The notes under the pieces were generated by a model. It did no database searches. It saw nothing but the letters and a program-made list of their open reading frames with translations, and was not told the origin of the DNA. Shown here piece after piece: positions 1-13,814 of a stretch of 64,000 bases of DNA (position 1 is the stretch's first letter; each line of letters begins with the position of its first letter). This DNA is from the human T2T-CHM13v2.0 reference genome, Homo sapiens. A program made the translations under genes and the position numbers. Location: assembly GCF_009914755.1 (NCBI RefSeq), contig NC_060925.1; one strand, written 5' to 3'.

Positions 1-185
1 TATTTACACTTAATAGTTTTGTATCACATTTCCCAACTGGGAAAACATGAAAATAATGTCTTTGATTTTTTTCTAAAAGTTTGATTGTTTTGTCTTCCAC
101 AACTATATCTATAATCCATCTGGAATTGATCGGTTTTTAATGTCAGGAGGGTAGGAACCAAGTTTAATTACTTTTTAACATGTGT
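1..185 (-). mobile_element. Old L1 ORF2 fragment (L1M-type)
   Basis: taatccatctggaattgat...aggagggtaggaaccaagtttaatt resembles the antisense L1 ORF2 3' region; highly diverged. Confidence 0.45.
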
Positions 186-200
186 ATAGTAAAGCCCTAA

Positions 201-593
201 TGATGGCAGCCATGGCCCATCTAGAGTGGCTGCTGCCATGACACTGGCTGCACCGGGGAGGTGTGGCCGGGGCTGCATGCTCCACAGAGCCGATGGGAGC
301 CAGAAACAGGTGGAAGGCCTGCCCGCTTCTGAGTTGGCTGGGCAGGAGCCTCAGGCTCCGTGGGCACAGCTGCACGTGCCCAGCAATGGCTCTAAGCCTG
401 GACATCCCTGTGCTCTTGGGAACCAGGAGCAGGCATGAGCTCCAGGCACAGCTGCAGCCACCCAAGAATCTCTGCACTCCTGGGGGCCCAGCAAGTCCCC
501 CTTGCCCCTGCAGGCTTGGAAATGCCTGTTCCTGCTGTCTGGCCTCTCCCTGCTCCTGTGCCTGATCTGATCTGGAGCAAAATTGAGGCAAAG
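201..593 (+). mobile_element. MER52-family ERV1 LTR, 5' portion only
   Basis: Starts tgatggcagccatggcccatctagagtggctgctgccatg, matching the MER52 5' terminus; GC-rich; ends abruptly against HERV-L sequence. Confidence 0.8.
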
Positions 594-1103
594 TTCCCTC
601 CCTCTGGAACTAAGATCTCTAGGAAGGCAGAACATAATGTTGTGGGAACAGGAAGCAAAAATTTTGCTAGTGGATCACTAGAGGTGATGGTGAGCGGTGC
701 CACTTCCATTTCCACGACTTGATTCCTGGACCCATGAATCATGGCTATGGGAGACACAGTACCATATATTGAGTGCTGATTCAGAGCGTAGATGGCCTTC
801 AGGAGAACTTTGCCCCAGCCCTGCAAAGTATTGTTACCTAGATGGCATTGTAACTGTGACTTCAAAAGGCCATTCTACCATTTTATCAATCCAGCTGCTT
901 CAGAATGATGGGAAACATGGTAAGACCAGTGAATTCCATGAGCATGAGCCCACTGCCACACTGCTTTAGCTGTAATGTCAGTGCATTAGTCAGAGACAAT
1001 GCTGTGTGGAATATCACGACGATGAATAAGGCATTCTGTGAGTCCACAGATGGTAGCCTTGGCAGAAGTATTGCATGCAGGATAGGCAAACCCATATTCA
1101 GAG

Positions 1104-2222
1104 TGTTGTGGGAAGTCAGGGACCCTGAATGGAGGGACCAGCTGGAGCTGCTGCAGAGGAACATAAATTGTGAAGATTTCATTTCATTTTGATATGGACA
1201 TATATCAGTTCCCAAAATTAATACTTTTATAATTTCTTATGCCTGTCTTTACTTCAATCTCTGAATATAAATTGTGGAGATTTCATTTTAATATGGACAT
1301 TTATCAGTTCCCAAAATTAATATTTTCATAACTTCTTATGCCTATCTTACTTTAATCTCTTAATCCTGTTATCTTCATAAGCTGAGGATGTACGTCACCT
1401 CAGGACCACTATTGTGTTAACTGTACAAATTGATTGTAAAACATTCGTGTTTGAACAATATGAAATCAGTGCACCTTGAAAAAGAACAGAATAACAGCGA
1501 TTTTAGGGAACAAGGGAAGACAACCATAAGGTCTGACTGCCTGCAGGGTTGGGCAGAATACAGCCATATTTTCTTCTTGCAAAGAGCCTATAAATGGACG
1601 TGCGAATAGGAGAGATATTGCTAAATTCTTTTCCTAGCAAGGAATATTAATATTAAGACCCTAGGAAAATAATTGCATTCCTGGGGGGAGGTCTATAAAC
1701 AGCCACTCTGGGAGTGTCTGTCTTATGCGGTTGAGATAAGGACTGAAATATGCCCTGGTCTCCTGCAGTACCCTCAGACTTACTAGGGTGGGGAAAAACC
1801 CCACCCTGGTGAATTTGAGGTCAGACCAGTTCTCTGCTCTCGAACCCTGTTTTCTGTTGTTTATCAAGACAATACGTGTACTGCTGAAGATAGACCCTTA
1901 TCAGGAGTTTCTGATTTTGCCCTGGTCCTGTTTCCTCAAAAGCATGTGATCTTTGTTCTCCTTTTTGCCCTTTGAAGCACGTGATCTTTGTGACCTACTC
2001 CCTGTTCATACACCCCCTCCCCTTTTGAAGTCCTTAATAAAAACCTGCTGGTTTTGTGGCTCAGGTGGGCATCACAGTCCTACCGATATGTGATGCCACC
2101 CCAGGAGGCCCAGCTGTAAAATTCCTCTCTTTGTACTCTTTCTCTTTATTTCTCAGCCAGCTGACACTTATGGAAAATAGAAAGAACCTACGTTGAAATA
2201 TTGGGGGTGGGTTCCCCTGATA
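1104..2222 (+). mobile_element. MER11 solo LTR (ERVK/HML-8, MER11B/C-like) inserted in HERV-L integrase
   Basis: Termini tgttgtgggaagtcagggacc...gaaatattgggggtgggttcccctgata; HERV-L sequence is contiguous across it; TSD degenerate. Confidence 0.92.
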
Positions 2223-3812
2223 CAAGATAAGTGTCTATTCCAGTGAGGACCAATCTCTACCCTTTCCATGATAGAAGAGGTCCAATAGCAGTGGCTGTAA
2301 CCAGATTAGCCTTGGTGAGTGGAAGTCCATGTTGCTGAGCCCATGCGTAACCTCCATCCCTGCCACTATGGCCACTTTGTTCATGGGCCCATTGGATGAT
2401 GACAGGGGTGGCTGGGGAAAGAGGCTGAGTGGTGTCCATAGAACGAATCATCCTATCCACTTGGCTATTAAAATCCTCCTCTGCTGAGGTCACCTGTTGG
2501 TGAGCACTCACATGGAATACAAATATCTTCACAATTTCTGACCACTCAGAGAGGTCCATCCATATACCTCTTCCCCATATTTCTTTGTCATCAATTTTCT
2601 AATCATGCTTCTTCCATGTCACTGATTATCCAGCCAAACCATTGGATACACCCCATGAATCAGTATACAATCGCACATCTGGCCATTTCTCCTTCCATGA
2701 AAAGTGCACAACCAGGTGCACTGCTCGAAGTTCTGCCCACTGGGAAGATTTCCCTTCACCAGTGTCCTTTAGGGATGTCCTAGAAAGGGGATGTAGTGCT
2801 GTAGCTGTCCACTTTTGGGTGGTGCCTGCATATCATGCAGAACCATCTGTGAACCAGGCCCTAGGCTTCTCTTCCTGTCAATTGATCATAGGGAACTCCC
2901 CATGAAGTCATTGGTGCAGGCTGGGGGAGAGCAGGCAGGATGGCAGGAGTGGAGACCATGGTCATTTGAGCCACTTCCTCATGTAACTTACCTGTGCCTT
3001 CAGGACCTGCTCAAGACTGATCACGAATATACCACTTCCATTTGATGGTGGAATGCTGCTGGGCACAACCCAATTTGTGGCCAGATAGGTCAGAAAGCAC
3101 CCAGTTCATAATAGGCAGTTCAGGTTGCATGGTGACTTGATGACCCATAGTCAAAGGTTCATTTTCCACCAAAGTCCAGTAACAGGCCAAGAGTTGTCTC
3201 TCAAAAGGAGAGTCATTATCTGCAGAAGATGGCAGGGCCTTGCTCCAAAATCCTAGAGGTCTCTGCTGTGATTCACATATGAGGGCCTGCCAAAGGCTCC
3301 AATCAGCATCCCTATCTGCCACTAACACTTCAAGTACCATTGGATCTGCTGGGTCCTATGGCCCAAGTGACAGAGCAGCTTGCACAGCAGCCTAGATCTG
3401 TTGCAGAGCCTTCTCCTGTTCTGGACCCCACAAAAAACTGTCAGCCTTTTGAGTCATTCAATAAATGGGCTGGAGTAACACACCCAAATGAGAAATGTGT
3501 TGCCTCCAAAATCCAAATAGGCACACTAGTAATTGTGCCTCTTTCTTGGTTGTAGGAAGAGTCAAATGCAGCAACTTATCCTTCATCTTAGAAGGAATAT
3601 CTCAACAGGCCCCACACCACTGGACCTGTAGAAATTTAACTGAGGTACAAGGTCCACGAATTTTAATCAGATTTAGTTCCTGTCCTCTGGCATGAAATGT
3701 CTCACCAATAAGTGTTTGCTACTTTTTGCTCACTGGATCCAATCAGCATAATATCATCAATGTAAAGGACCAGTGTGATATCTTGTGGAAGTGAAAATCA
3801 ATCAAGGTCTCT

Positions 3813-4415
3813 TCAAACAAGATTCTGACACAAAGCTGGAGAGTTGATATACCCCTGAGGTAGGATAGTGAAAGTATATTGTTGGCCTTGCCAGCTGAAG
3901 GCAAATTGCTTCTGGTGGGCCTTATGGACAGGAATGGAGAAAAAGGCATTTGCCAAATCAATGGCTGCATGCCAGGTACCAGGAGATGTGTTAATTTTCT
4001 CAAGCAATAAAACCACATCTGGTACAGCAGCTGCAATTGGAGTCACCCCTTGGTTAAGCTTACAATCATCCAGTGTCATTCTCCAAGATCCATCTGTCTT
4101 CTGCACAGGCCAAATAGGAGAGTTGAATGGGGATGTGTTGGGAATCACCACCCCTGTGTCTTTCAAGTCTTTTATGGTGGCATTAATATCTGTAATCCCT
4201 CCAGGGATGTAATATTGTTTTTGATTTACTATTTTTCTAGGTAGAGGCAGCTCTAATGGCTTCCATTTGGCCTTTCCCACCATAATAGCCCTCCCCCTAT
4301 CAGTCAGGGAGCCAAAGTGGGAGTTCTGCCACCTGCTAAGTCTGTCTATGCCAAGTATGTATTCTGGCACTGGGGAAATGACCACAGGATGAGTCCGCAG
4401 ACCCAACGGACCCAC
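3813..4415 (-). pseudogene. HERV-L protease/reverse transcriptase N-terminal remnant
   Basis: [76 protein letters not shown]; frameshifted before the YIDD motif. Confidence 0.9.
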
Positions 4416-4697
4416 TGTAAGTCAGACCTGAGCTAAAACTTCATTAATTACATGACCTTCATAAACCTCTACTTTAACTGGAGGACCACAGTGACATTTT
4501 GGGTCCCTTGGAATCAATATCAGCTCAGAGCCAGTGTCCAGTAGTCCCCAAAATGTCTGACCATTTTCCTTATCTCAATGCACACTTAACCTGGTAAAAG
4601 GCTGGAGGTCTCCTTGGAGAAGGATAAAAGATTGATTCACTGCATAAATTGTCAGTAGTGTAATGGGGTCCTTCCTCAAGGGGACCCAGCCTCCCCT

Positions 4698-6383
4698 TTA
4701 TTCAAGGAATTCTGGGTCTGTAAACTGGCTCAAGTCTGGAAATTGATAGATGGGCCATGCTTCTCTGTTTTTATACTTCAAATTAGTCTTTATAATTTGA
4801 TGAGAAGTTTTCTGCTTATATAAATTAAGTAGGAATGCAGTAGGCTCCCTATTAATTTCACATCTAGGAACACTGTGATTAGTCAATGCCAGAGCTCTAC
4901 ATAAGTCAGACTATTCTGATTGCCACTTTGTCTCTTGTGTCCATTACGGTAGCTACACCCACCTTGCCTTTGACGGTTGAGTCCTGCCACTTGGCCCCTG
5001 CCACCTCAGGATCCAATTATTCCCATTGTATTTAAATTTTGTAGTTGAGTGACTGAAGTTCCCATTGTTATATCTGACAGACAGAGAAGAGCAATTATGA
5101 GGCTCTACAAAGATGCAGGTGCTGCCCTCACAAATCTTGCAAGGCATTGATCAAGAGTATATCTTCTGAACCCTCCCAGCTTGGTTGAGTAGGTCTAAAG
5201 TGACTAATCCCCTCCACCATCCCAATCTCCCTAAGCCTTTGGAGCCCTTCCCCTACATTAAGTCAAGGGAGATGAGGCATTTCCAGCTCACTGACAGTGG
5301 GCCATCTTTTACTCTATATTTCAGCTAACCAAGCAAATTAACTATTAGGACCTTTTTTAACTCCCCAAGCTGCAACATTAAATGCAGAGTCTTGACTTAG
5401 TGGGCACAAATCGATATATTCAGCCTGATCCAACTCTATGTTCCTTCCACCATTATCCCATACCCTTAATAACAATTCCTATGGCTGTTCTCCAGATTTT
5501 TGTTTATATAAATTAGAAAACTCAAGCAGTTCTTTTCGAGTGTAGCACACCTCCTCATGGGTCACAATCCCAACTTCACGTGTAGGGGCCTGCCAGGACT
5601 TTAACCTAGTTATAGGTCTGGAAGCAAACAGGTGTGTTGGGAGAGGCTCCTGAGGAGAATCAACATTATCTTGCCTGGCAACTGCCTCACGGAAGGCCAT
5701 CACTGTTGCCTCAGGCAGCACAAGGTTCATCTCCTTAGACAAATGTGGAAAGGCTGATAGCAGCATGGGTTCGGGAAGGGATGTTGCCACTACTGGGGAT
5801 GGGGAAGCTGTTTCTTCTGGCAAAAATGTTTCATCAGTGTTTACAAATTCAGTGTCTCCAGCTTCATCAGGGTTCACCCACATGTCCCCATTCCAAGTTG
5901 CAGGCTCCCATTCTTTTCCAATCAATGACCTCACTTTAACAATAGACACCTCATGAGGCTGTGCATGCACCTTTCATTGCAGGTCAGCCACTTGCATGAT
6001 AAGAGCTTTGTCTGTTTTTCCACAGTTTCAGCTCTTTCTTTATAGGAGATAACTCTCTTACTCAGGGCAGTCTTAGCAGATTTGAGGCTCAGTATCTGCT
6101 TCTGAATCCAGGAGACAGAAGCCTTGAATTTATCATTTACTTTCATCACTTTGTCCACTAAACTTAGGAGCAACTAACCAGCTTCATTATGTTCCATGGT
6201 TCTCCACAAATGGTCAAAGTTATTATGCATAGAATCACTAAACTCCTTGCCTCTCATAAGGAATGAATCAGGAGTATCAAATGCATTTATTTTGCATAAC
6301 TCTCTAAACAGTTCATGCCAAGGACTATCAGTGTTCTCCATACTATTAGAAGTAGAGTCCTTAGCATTTTGGGGTCTAATCAT
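4698..6383 (-). pseudogene. HERV-L gag remnant
   Basis: Fragments MIRPQNAKDSTSNSMENTDSPWHELFREL and KVRSLIGKEWEPATWNGDMWV..THEEVCYTRKELLEFSNLYKQKSGE; multiple frameshifts and stops. Confidence 0.85.
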
Positions 6384-6474
6384 ATTAAGCAGCCAACTCC
6401 AGAAACCTCAAAACCAAAACAGAACTCCATCCTTAATATTCTGTTCCTTTAGAACCACTCCTAGTACCAAAATC

Positions 6475-6922
6475 TGTATTAGTCAGGGTTCTCTAGAGGG
6501 ACAGAACTAATAGGATGGATATGCATATGAAGGGGAGTTTATAAAGGAGTATTAAATTCACACAATCACAAGGTTCCACAATAGGCCATCTGCAAGCTGA
6601 GCAGCAAGGAAGCCAGTCAAACTTCCAAAGCTGAAAAACTTAAAGTCTGATGTTCAAGGGCAGGAAGCACCCAGCACAGGAGAAAGATGTAGGCTGGGAG
6701 CCTAGGCCAGTCTAATCTTTTAACATTTTTCTGCCTGCTTTATACTTAGGCCATTCTGGCAGCTGATTAGATGGTATCCACCAGATTAACAGTGGGTCTG
6801 CCTTTCCCAGCCCACTGACTCAAATGTTAATCCCCCTTGACAACACCCTCACAGCCACACCCAGGATCAATACTTTGCATTCTTCAGTCCAATCAAGGTG
6901 ACAGTCAGTGTTAACCATCACA
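6475..6922 (-). mobile_element. MLT2A (MLT2A1-sized) 5' LTR of HERV-L
   Basis: Plus strand tgtattagtcagggttctctagagggacagaac...ttaaccatcaca; 448 bp; adjacent to the HERV-L leader. Confidence 0.92.
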
Positions 6923-7035
6923 ATAAGTATAGCTATTCCTGCTCTTTTTTGGTTTCCATTAGCATGGAATATCTTCTTCTACTTCTTTATTCTCATTCTA
7001 TGTGTGTCTTTGTAGGTGAAGTATGTTTCTTGTAG

Positions 7036-7372
<337 letters not shown>

Positions 7373-7383
7373 TGGGTCTTTCA

Positions 7384-7679
7384 TTTTTTTATTTTTTTGA
7401 GACGGAGTTTCACTCTGTTGCCCAGGCTGGAGTGCAGTGCCGCGATCTCCACTCACTGAAAGCTCCGCCTCCCGGGTTCACGCCATTCTCCTGCCTCAGC
7501 CTCCCAAGTAGCTGGGACTACAGGCACCTGCCACCACACCCGGCTAATTTTTTGTATTTTTAGTAGAGATTGGGTTTCACCGTGTTAGCCAGGATGGTCT
7601 CGATCTCCTGACCTCGTGATCTGCCTGCCTTGGCCTCCCAAAGTGCTGGGATTACAGGCATAAGCCACCACGCTCAGCC
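7384..7679 (-). mobile_element. AluY
   Basis: AluY diagnostics aagctccgcctcccgggttcacgccattctc and gttagccaggatggtctcgatctc. Confidence 0.92.
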
Positions 7680-9839
7680 CGGTTCTTTTTTTTTTTTTTT
7701 TTTAAATCCATTCAGGCACTCTTTCTTTTGATTGGATAGTTTAGTCCATTTACATTCAATGTTACTAATAAGTAAGGACCTACTCCTGCATTTTGTTATT
7801 TTTTTCTGGTTGTTTTGTAGTCTTTTCTTTTCTTCCTTAGATTATTACTGTCTTCCTTTTACTGAAATTGATTTTCTCTGATGGTACAATTTAATTTCTT
7901 GTTCTTTACTTTTTGTGTATCCATTGTATATTTTTTTGATTTAAGCTTACTATAAGGCTTGCTAGTACTAGCTTATAACCCATTATTTTAAATTGATGAC
8001 TACTTAACACTAATTGCATAAACAAAGAAGCAAAAAGAAAACTAATAAAAACTCTACACTTTATCTCCCCACTTTGTAACTTTTGTTGTTTCTCTTAATG
8101 TCTTAGTATACTATCTATGTCTTGAATAATTGTTGTAGTTCTTATTTTTTATTGGTAATATCCTGTGTTTTTCTGTATACCTCATATTACTAGTGAGTTT
8201 TGTAACATCAGACAATTTCTTATTGCTCAATAACATCCTTTTCTTTCAGATTGAAGAACTCCCTTTAGCATTTCTTGTAGGACAGGTCTGATGTTGGTGA
8301 AATCTCTCAGCTTTTGTTTCTTTGGGAAAGTTTGTATTTCTCCTTCATGCTTGAAGGATATTTTTACTGGAGATACTAATTTGGGTAAAAGTATTTTTTT
8401 TCCCTCAGCACTTTAAATATGTCATGCCACTCTCTCTTAGCCTACAAGATTTCCAATGAAAAGATTTCCACTGAAAAGTCTGCTGACTGAGGTATTGGAG
8501 CTCTACTGTACATTGTTTCTTTTCTCTTGCTTCTTTTAGGATTCTTTCTTTATCTTTGTCCTTTGGGAGTTTGATTATTAAGTACCTTGAGGTAGTATTG
8601 TTTGGACTAAATCTTCTTGGTGTTCTATAATCTTCTTGTACTTGAATTTGATATTTTTCTCTAGGTTTGGAAAGTTCTTAAATATTATCCCTTTAAATAA
8701 ACTTTCTACTCCTATCTCTTTCTCTACCTCCTCTTTAAGGCCAATAACTCAGATGTGCCTCTTTGAAGCTATTTTCTAGATTTAGTAAGCATGCTTCATT
8801 CTTTGGCATTACTTTTTCCTGTGTCTCCTCTGGCTGTGTATTTTCAAATAATATGTCTTCAAGCTCACTCATTCTTCTGTTTGATCAGTTCTGCTATTAA
8901 GAGATTCTGATACATTCTTCAGTATATCAATTGCATTTTTCTTCAACTCTAGAATTTCTGCTAGATCCCCTTTAATTATTTCAACCTCTTTGTTAAATTT
9001 ATCTGATAGAATTCTGAACTCCTTCTCTGTGTTAACTTGAATTTATTTGAGTTTTCTCAAAACAGTTATTTTTTATTCTCTGTCTCCACAGTCATATAAC
9101 TCTTTCTCCAGGATTCGTCCCTGGCGCCTTATATAGTTCATTTGGTGAGGCCATGTTTTCCTAGATGGTCTTGATGCTTGTGGATGTTTGTCAGTGTCTG
9201 GGCTTTGAAGAGTTAGGTACTTATTTTAGTCTTCACAGTCTGGGCTTATTTGTGCCCATATTTCTTTGGAAGGCTTTTCCGGTACTCAAAGGAATTTGGG
9301 CCTCAGCCCCAATAATGCTGTGATTTTTTAATACTCCAAGGTACCATCTTGATGGTCATGGATTAGATCCAGAAGAACTATCTGGATTGCCAGGAATATA
9401 ATCTTGTTCTTTCCCCTTACTTTCACCCAAACAAATGGAGTATGTCTTTCTCTGTGCTGAGCCACCTGGAGCTAGGGGTGAGGTGACACAACTACCACCG
9501 TAGCTACCACCACAGGGATTGCACTGAGTCAGATCTGAAGCCAGAATAGCACTGAGTCTTGACCAAGGTCCACTGTAACCACTACCTGGCGACTATCTAT
9601 GTTCACTTAAGGGCCTAGGGCTCTACAGTCAATAGGTGGTGAAGCCAGTCTGATTTCTGTTCTTCCTTTCAGGGCAACAAGTTCCCTCAGGTCCTGGGTG
9701 GGTCCAGAGATGCTGTCTGGGAGCCAGGGATTAGGATCAGAAATCTTAGAAATTCACCTGGTGTTCTATTCTACTGAGACTAAGCTAGCCTTCAACCCAT
9801 AAGACAAAATCCCTCCCACTATTCCCTCCCTTTCCATAG

Positions 9840-10064
<225 letters not shown>

Positions 10065-11168
10065 TAGGTGCTCTGCCTCACTGGGGTCAAGCTGTACTTC
10101 AGGTACAAGACAAAGTCCTCTTTGCTTTTCCCCCTGCTTTTCTCAAGCAGGAGTCTTTCACCATAGCCACCACAGCTGGGAATATGCTATGTCTCACCTA
10201 AAACCAGGACATCTCCAGTCTTATCCAAGGCCCATAACATACTACCTGAGTATCACCCTTGGTTATTGAGGTCCCAAGGGCTCTTTAGTCAGCAGGTGAT
10301 GAATCCTTCCAGGACTGGGTCATACTCTTCAGGGAAGCAGTTTCCCTTCTAGTCCAGGGTATATCTAGAAACGTAGTATGGGAGCTAGGGCCTGAAATAT
10401 AGGGGTCAAGACTCTGCTTGTGTCCTATCCTATTGTGCTGACCTGGTATTGAAGATGCAAAATGAAGCCATCTTTACTTTCCACTCTCCTCTCCTCAAGG
10501 AGAAGGAAGGAGTCACTTTCATTGCTGTGAGCTGAGCTTCCTGGGGATGGAGGAGGGGAGGTACAAGCACTCCCTTAGCCGCCTGGCTGGTATCTCCTTG
10601 GATCACATGCCACTCTAGTCCACCTGCTCTAAGCCCAGCCTAGCACTAAGACTTGCCTAGGAATTGTAGCCCTTGTGTCCTAGACTGCCTTTCAAGTTTT
10701 CCTAGGACCCCAGAGCCCTTTAGCCCACAGTGGTGAGGCTTGCCAAGAAACTAAAGTTCCAACTGCTGGGATGGGCAATTTCCCTCTGGATAGGGTTTAT
10801 CCAAATACTCCCTCCATGGGGCAGCCACCAGCTGAGTTCAACATGATTTTGCTTTCCACTATGACAAGGCAGCACTGAGTTCAATGCCAAGTCCCTTAGT
10901 CATTGTGCTTGCCCTCTTCCAAATACACAGATTCTCTCTCCAGAATCGGGGAGGTAAGGCATTGATGACTGATGATTGAAGACTGTCTTTCCTACCCTCT
11001 TCAGTGCCTCTTTTAGTGGTATGAAGCTAAAACCAGATATTGTGATTGCTTACCTGATATTTGGTTCTTATGATGATGGTTTTGTGTTTAGTTGTTAAAA
11101 TGTGGTTGTTTCTGCAGTGAGGACAATCAGTGGAGAGTTTTATTCAGCCATCTTGCTCTATCACTTTC

Positions 11169-12780
11169 TAAATACCCTGATGAATTGATGCTAAAATCTT
11201 CAACAAAACACTAGTAAACCAAATTCAACAATATATCAAAAAAAATAATTTATCATGACTAAGTGGGATTTATCCCAGAGATGCAAGGATGTTTCAACAT
11301 ATGCAAATCAATCAATGTGAAACATCATATATATTACATGAAGAAAAAAGCAAATAATCATTTCAATTGATGCTGAAAAAGCATTTGATGAAATTCAACT
11401 TCCCTTCACAATAAAAAAAATCTTAAAAAACTGAGTATAGATGGAACATAACACAATAAAATCCACATATGACAGACTTACAGTTAGTATCATACTGAAC
11501 AGGAAAAACTGAAAGCCTATCCTCCAATACCTGGAACTGGAAAAGCATATCCACTTTTACCACTGTTATTCAACATAGTACTGGAAGTCCTAGCTAGAGC
11601 ATTCAGATAAGCAAAGAAAAAAAGAGCATTTGAATTGAAAAGGAAGAAGTCAAGTTATTTTTGTTTGCAATTGATATGCTCTTATATTTGGAAAAACCTA
11701 AAGACTCCACAAAAACATTCTTAGAACTAATAAACAAATTTAATAAGTTTGCAGAACACAAAATTAACATACAAAAATCTGTAGCATTTGTATGTGCCAA
11801 TAGCAAAAAACCTGAAATTAAGAAAGTAATTTCATTTACAATAGCTACAAATAAAATAATATACCTAGGGATAAACTTAATCAAAGAAGTAAAAGATCTC
11901 TACAACACAAACCATAAAGCGTTGATGCAAGAAACTGAAGAGGACTCAAAAAATAGAAAGATATTGCATGTTCACGGATTTGAAGAATCAACTGTCCATA
12001 CTCCCTAAAGAAACTTACAGATTCAATAGACTCTCTATCAAAATATCAAGGACATTCTTCACAGAAATAGAAAAAACAATCCTAAAATTTATATGAAACA
12101 ACAAAAGATCCAAAAGAAACCAAGCTATCCTGAGTGAAAAGAACAAAACTGGAGGAACCACATTACCTGACTGCAAATTATACTACAGAGCTATATAACC
12201 AAAACAGCATGGTACTGGCATAAAAACATACACAGAGACCAATGGAAGAGAATAGAGAACCTAGCAATAAGTGTATACATCTCCAGTGAACCCATTTTCA
12301 GCAAAGGTGTCAAGAATATACATTGGGGAAAGGACAGTCCCTTTAATAAATGGTCTTGGAAAAACTGGATATCCATATGCAGAAGAATGAAATTAGACCC
12401 CTACTCTTGTTCTATATAAAAATCAGATCAAAATGGATTAAGATTTAAATTCAAAACCTCAAACTATAAAACTACTAAGAGAAAACACTGGGGAAACTAT
12501 GAAGGACATTGGGCTGAGCAAAGATTTCTTGAGTAATACACCACAGGCACAGGCACTATAGTCAATAATTAATTGTACATTTTAAAATAACTAAAAGAAT
12601 GTAATTGGATTGTTTGAAACAAAAAATGATAAATGCTTGAGAAGATGGATACCCAGTTTTTCAAGAGGTGACTATTACACATTGCATGCTTGTATCAAAG
12701 TATCTCGTGTTCCCCATAAATATACATACCTGTTCTATGCCTACAAAAATTAAAAAATAAATTTAAAAAATAAAATAAAA
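11169..12780 (+). mobile_element. L1MA2/3-type ORF2 (RT onward) plus 3' end, with about 1 kb internal deletion near 12556
   Basis: ORF2 remnants (11661-12008 LYLEKPKDSTK..ELINKFNKFA); 3'UTR ctatagtcaataat..aaatatacatacc..ctacaaaaattaaaaa. Confidence 0.88.
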
Positions 12781-12784
12781 TGGA

Positions 12785-13635
12785 CACTGAGCATGAAAAA
12801 TCCCTGAGCAAACAAATTAACTGGGCCTTAAAAATAGCCTTAACCTTACTTAAACTGCAAACATAAGTGAAAAGTTAACTTGGGTAATTTCTGGCAAATG
12901 CTTATGTTAGAAAAAAAAGCTTAAGCTCAGCCAACTGAAAGAGTTAAAATATGCTATTCTGCCATATTGAATGTTTAAGCTAAAGACACTAGAAAAAAAG
13001 CAGGGTTTGATCATAATGCTGTTTCTTAAAAGCAGAATATGAAACTCCCATGTAAAAGACACACTCTTTATACTAGAAGGAAAGGCAATATCCTTGTATT
13101 CAGGATGCGAAGTTGAAACCAACAGAATTCTGTACAGACCTTGTTAAAATAGTTTTATCTTTTAAGCCTCTCCAAATAATTTAGCTACTTCTTCACTGCC
13201 AATTGTTCTTTGTTTAATCCACTATACGAGTAACTAATTCTAAACACTTCTTTGGGTCTTCATTTCTTTACATGGCTCTCATGCCATGTAAAACATCCTA
13301 TGTGTCTTTCCTCTTAATCTTACTTATGTCAATTTTTCTCCCACCAAGGACTCTAAAAGGATGGAGGTAGAAGTTTTTCTGCCCCGACTCAGTCATAAGC
13401 AGTGAAATAAAGTATGATTACATGACTAGAGACTTTCCAACAAGGTAAACTAAAAAAGGCAATCTTGTAACTGCTAAAGTAATTTCTTTATTTTGCTTCC
13501 ACAGTTGCCTTATAAATACTTGCCTCTGATGCTTTGTCATCCTAATGCTGAACTTCCTTGGGTTTGGTGCTTTCCAATTCATGTTTTCTTCCTCAAATAA
13601 ACTCTAAACTCTAAACACCCATTGTGCCACAGATT
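12785..13635 (+). mobile_element. Old ERV1 (MER4-group-like) LTR, probably with a nested MER34-group LTR at about 12935-13388
   Basis: Inner tgaaagagttaaaatatgctattctgccatattga...tttttctgccccgac; outer part has tataaa and aataaa; family names uncertain. Confidence 0.5.
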
Positions 13636-13678
<43 letters not shown>

Positions 13679-13812
13679 GTTGTGTATATATATATATGTT
13701 GTATATATATATGTTGTGTGTATATATATAGTGTGTATATATATAGTATATATATAGTGTGTATATATATGTATAGTATGTATTCATATATATATATGAA
13801 TACATACATACG
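13636..13812. repeat. (TG)n/(TA)n compound microsatellite
   Basis: Directly visible. Confidence 0.97.
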
Positions 13813-13814
13813 TA

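Larger units (their letters stand above)
594..6474 (-). mobile_element. HERV-L internal region (gag-pro-pol, degenerate), 3'-truncated, interrupted by MER11
   Basis: Minus-strand ORF fragments: gag (6174-6383, 5479-5970), pro/RT (3813-4415), RNase H (3011-3340, 2257-2559), integrase (886-1103, 594-865); abuts an MLT2A LTR. Confidence 0.95.

Noticed and set aside
175-635. Overlapping ORFs in a GC-rich region as a gene or CpG-island promoter
   Set aside because: Explained by the GC-rich, CpG-depleted MER52 LTR.
3813-4415. 200-aa RT ORF as a domesticated gene
   Set aside because: It is a fragment of decayed HERV-L pol, frameshifted before the catalytic motif.
6880-6900. DUX4-type motif in MLT2A (and in the three THE1 LTRs)
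   Set aside because: The positions read cagtccaatca here and are likewise mutated in the THE1 LTRs; no intact TAAYYYAATCA-like site.
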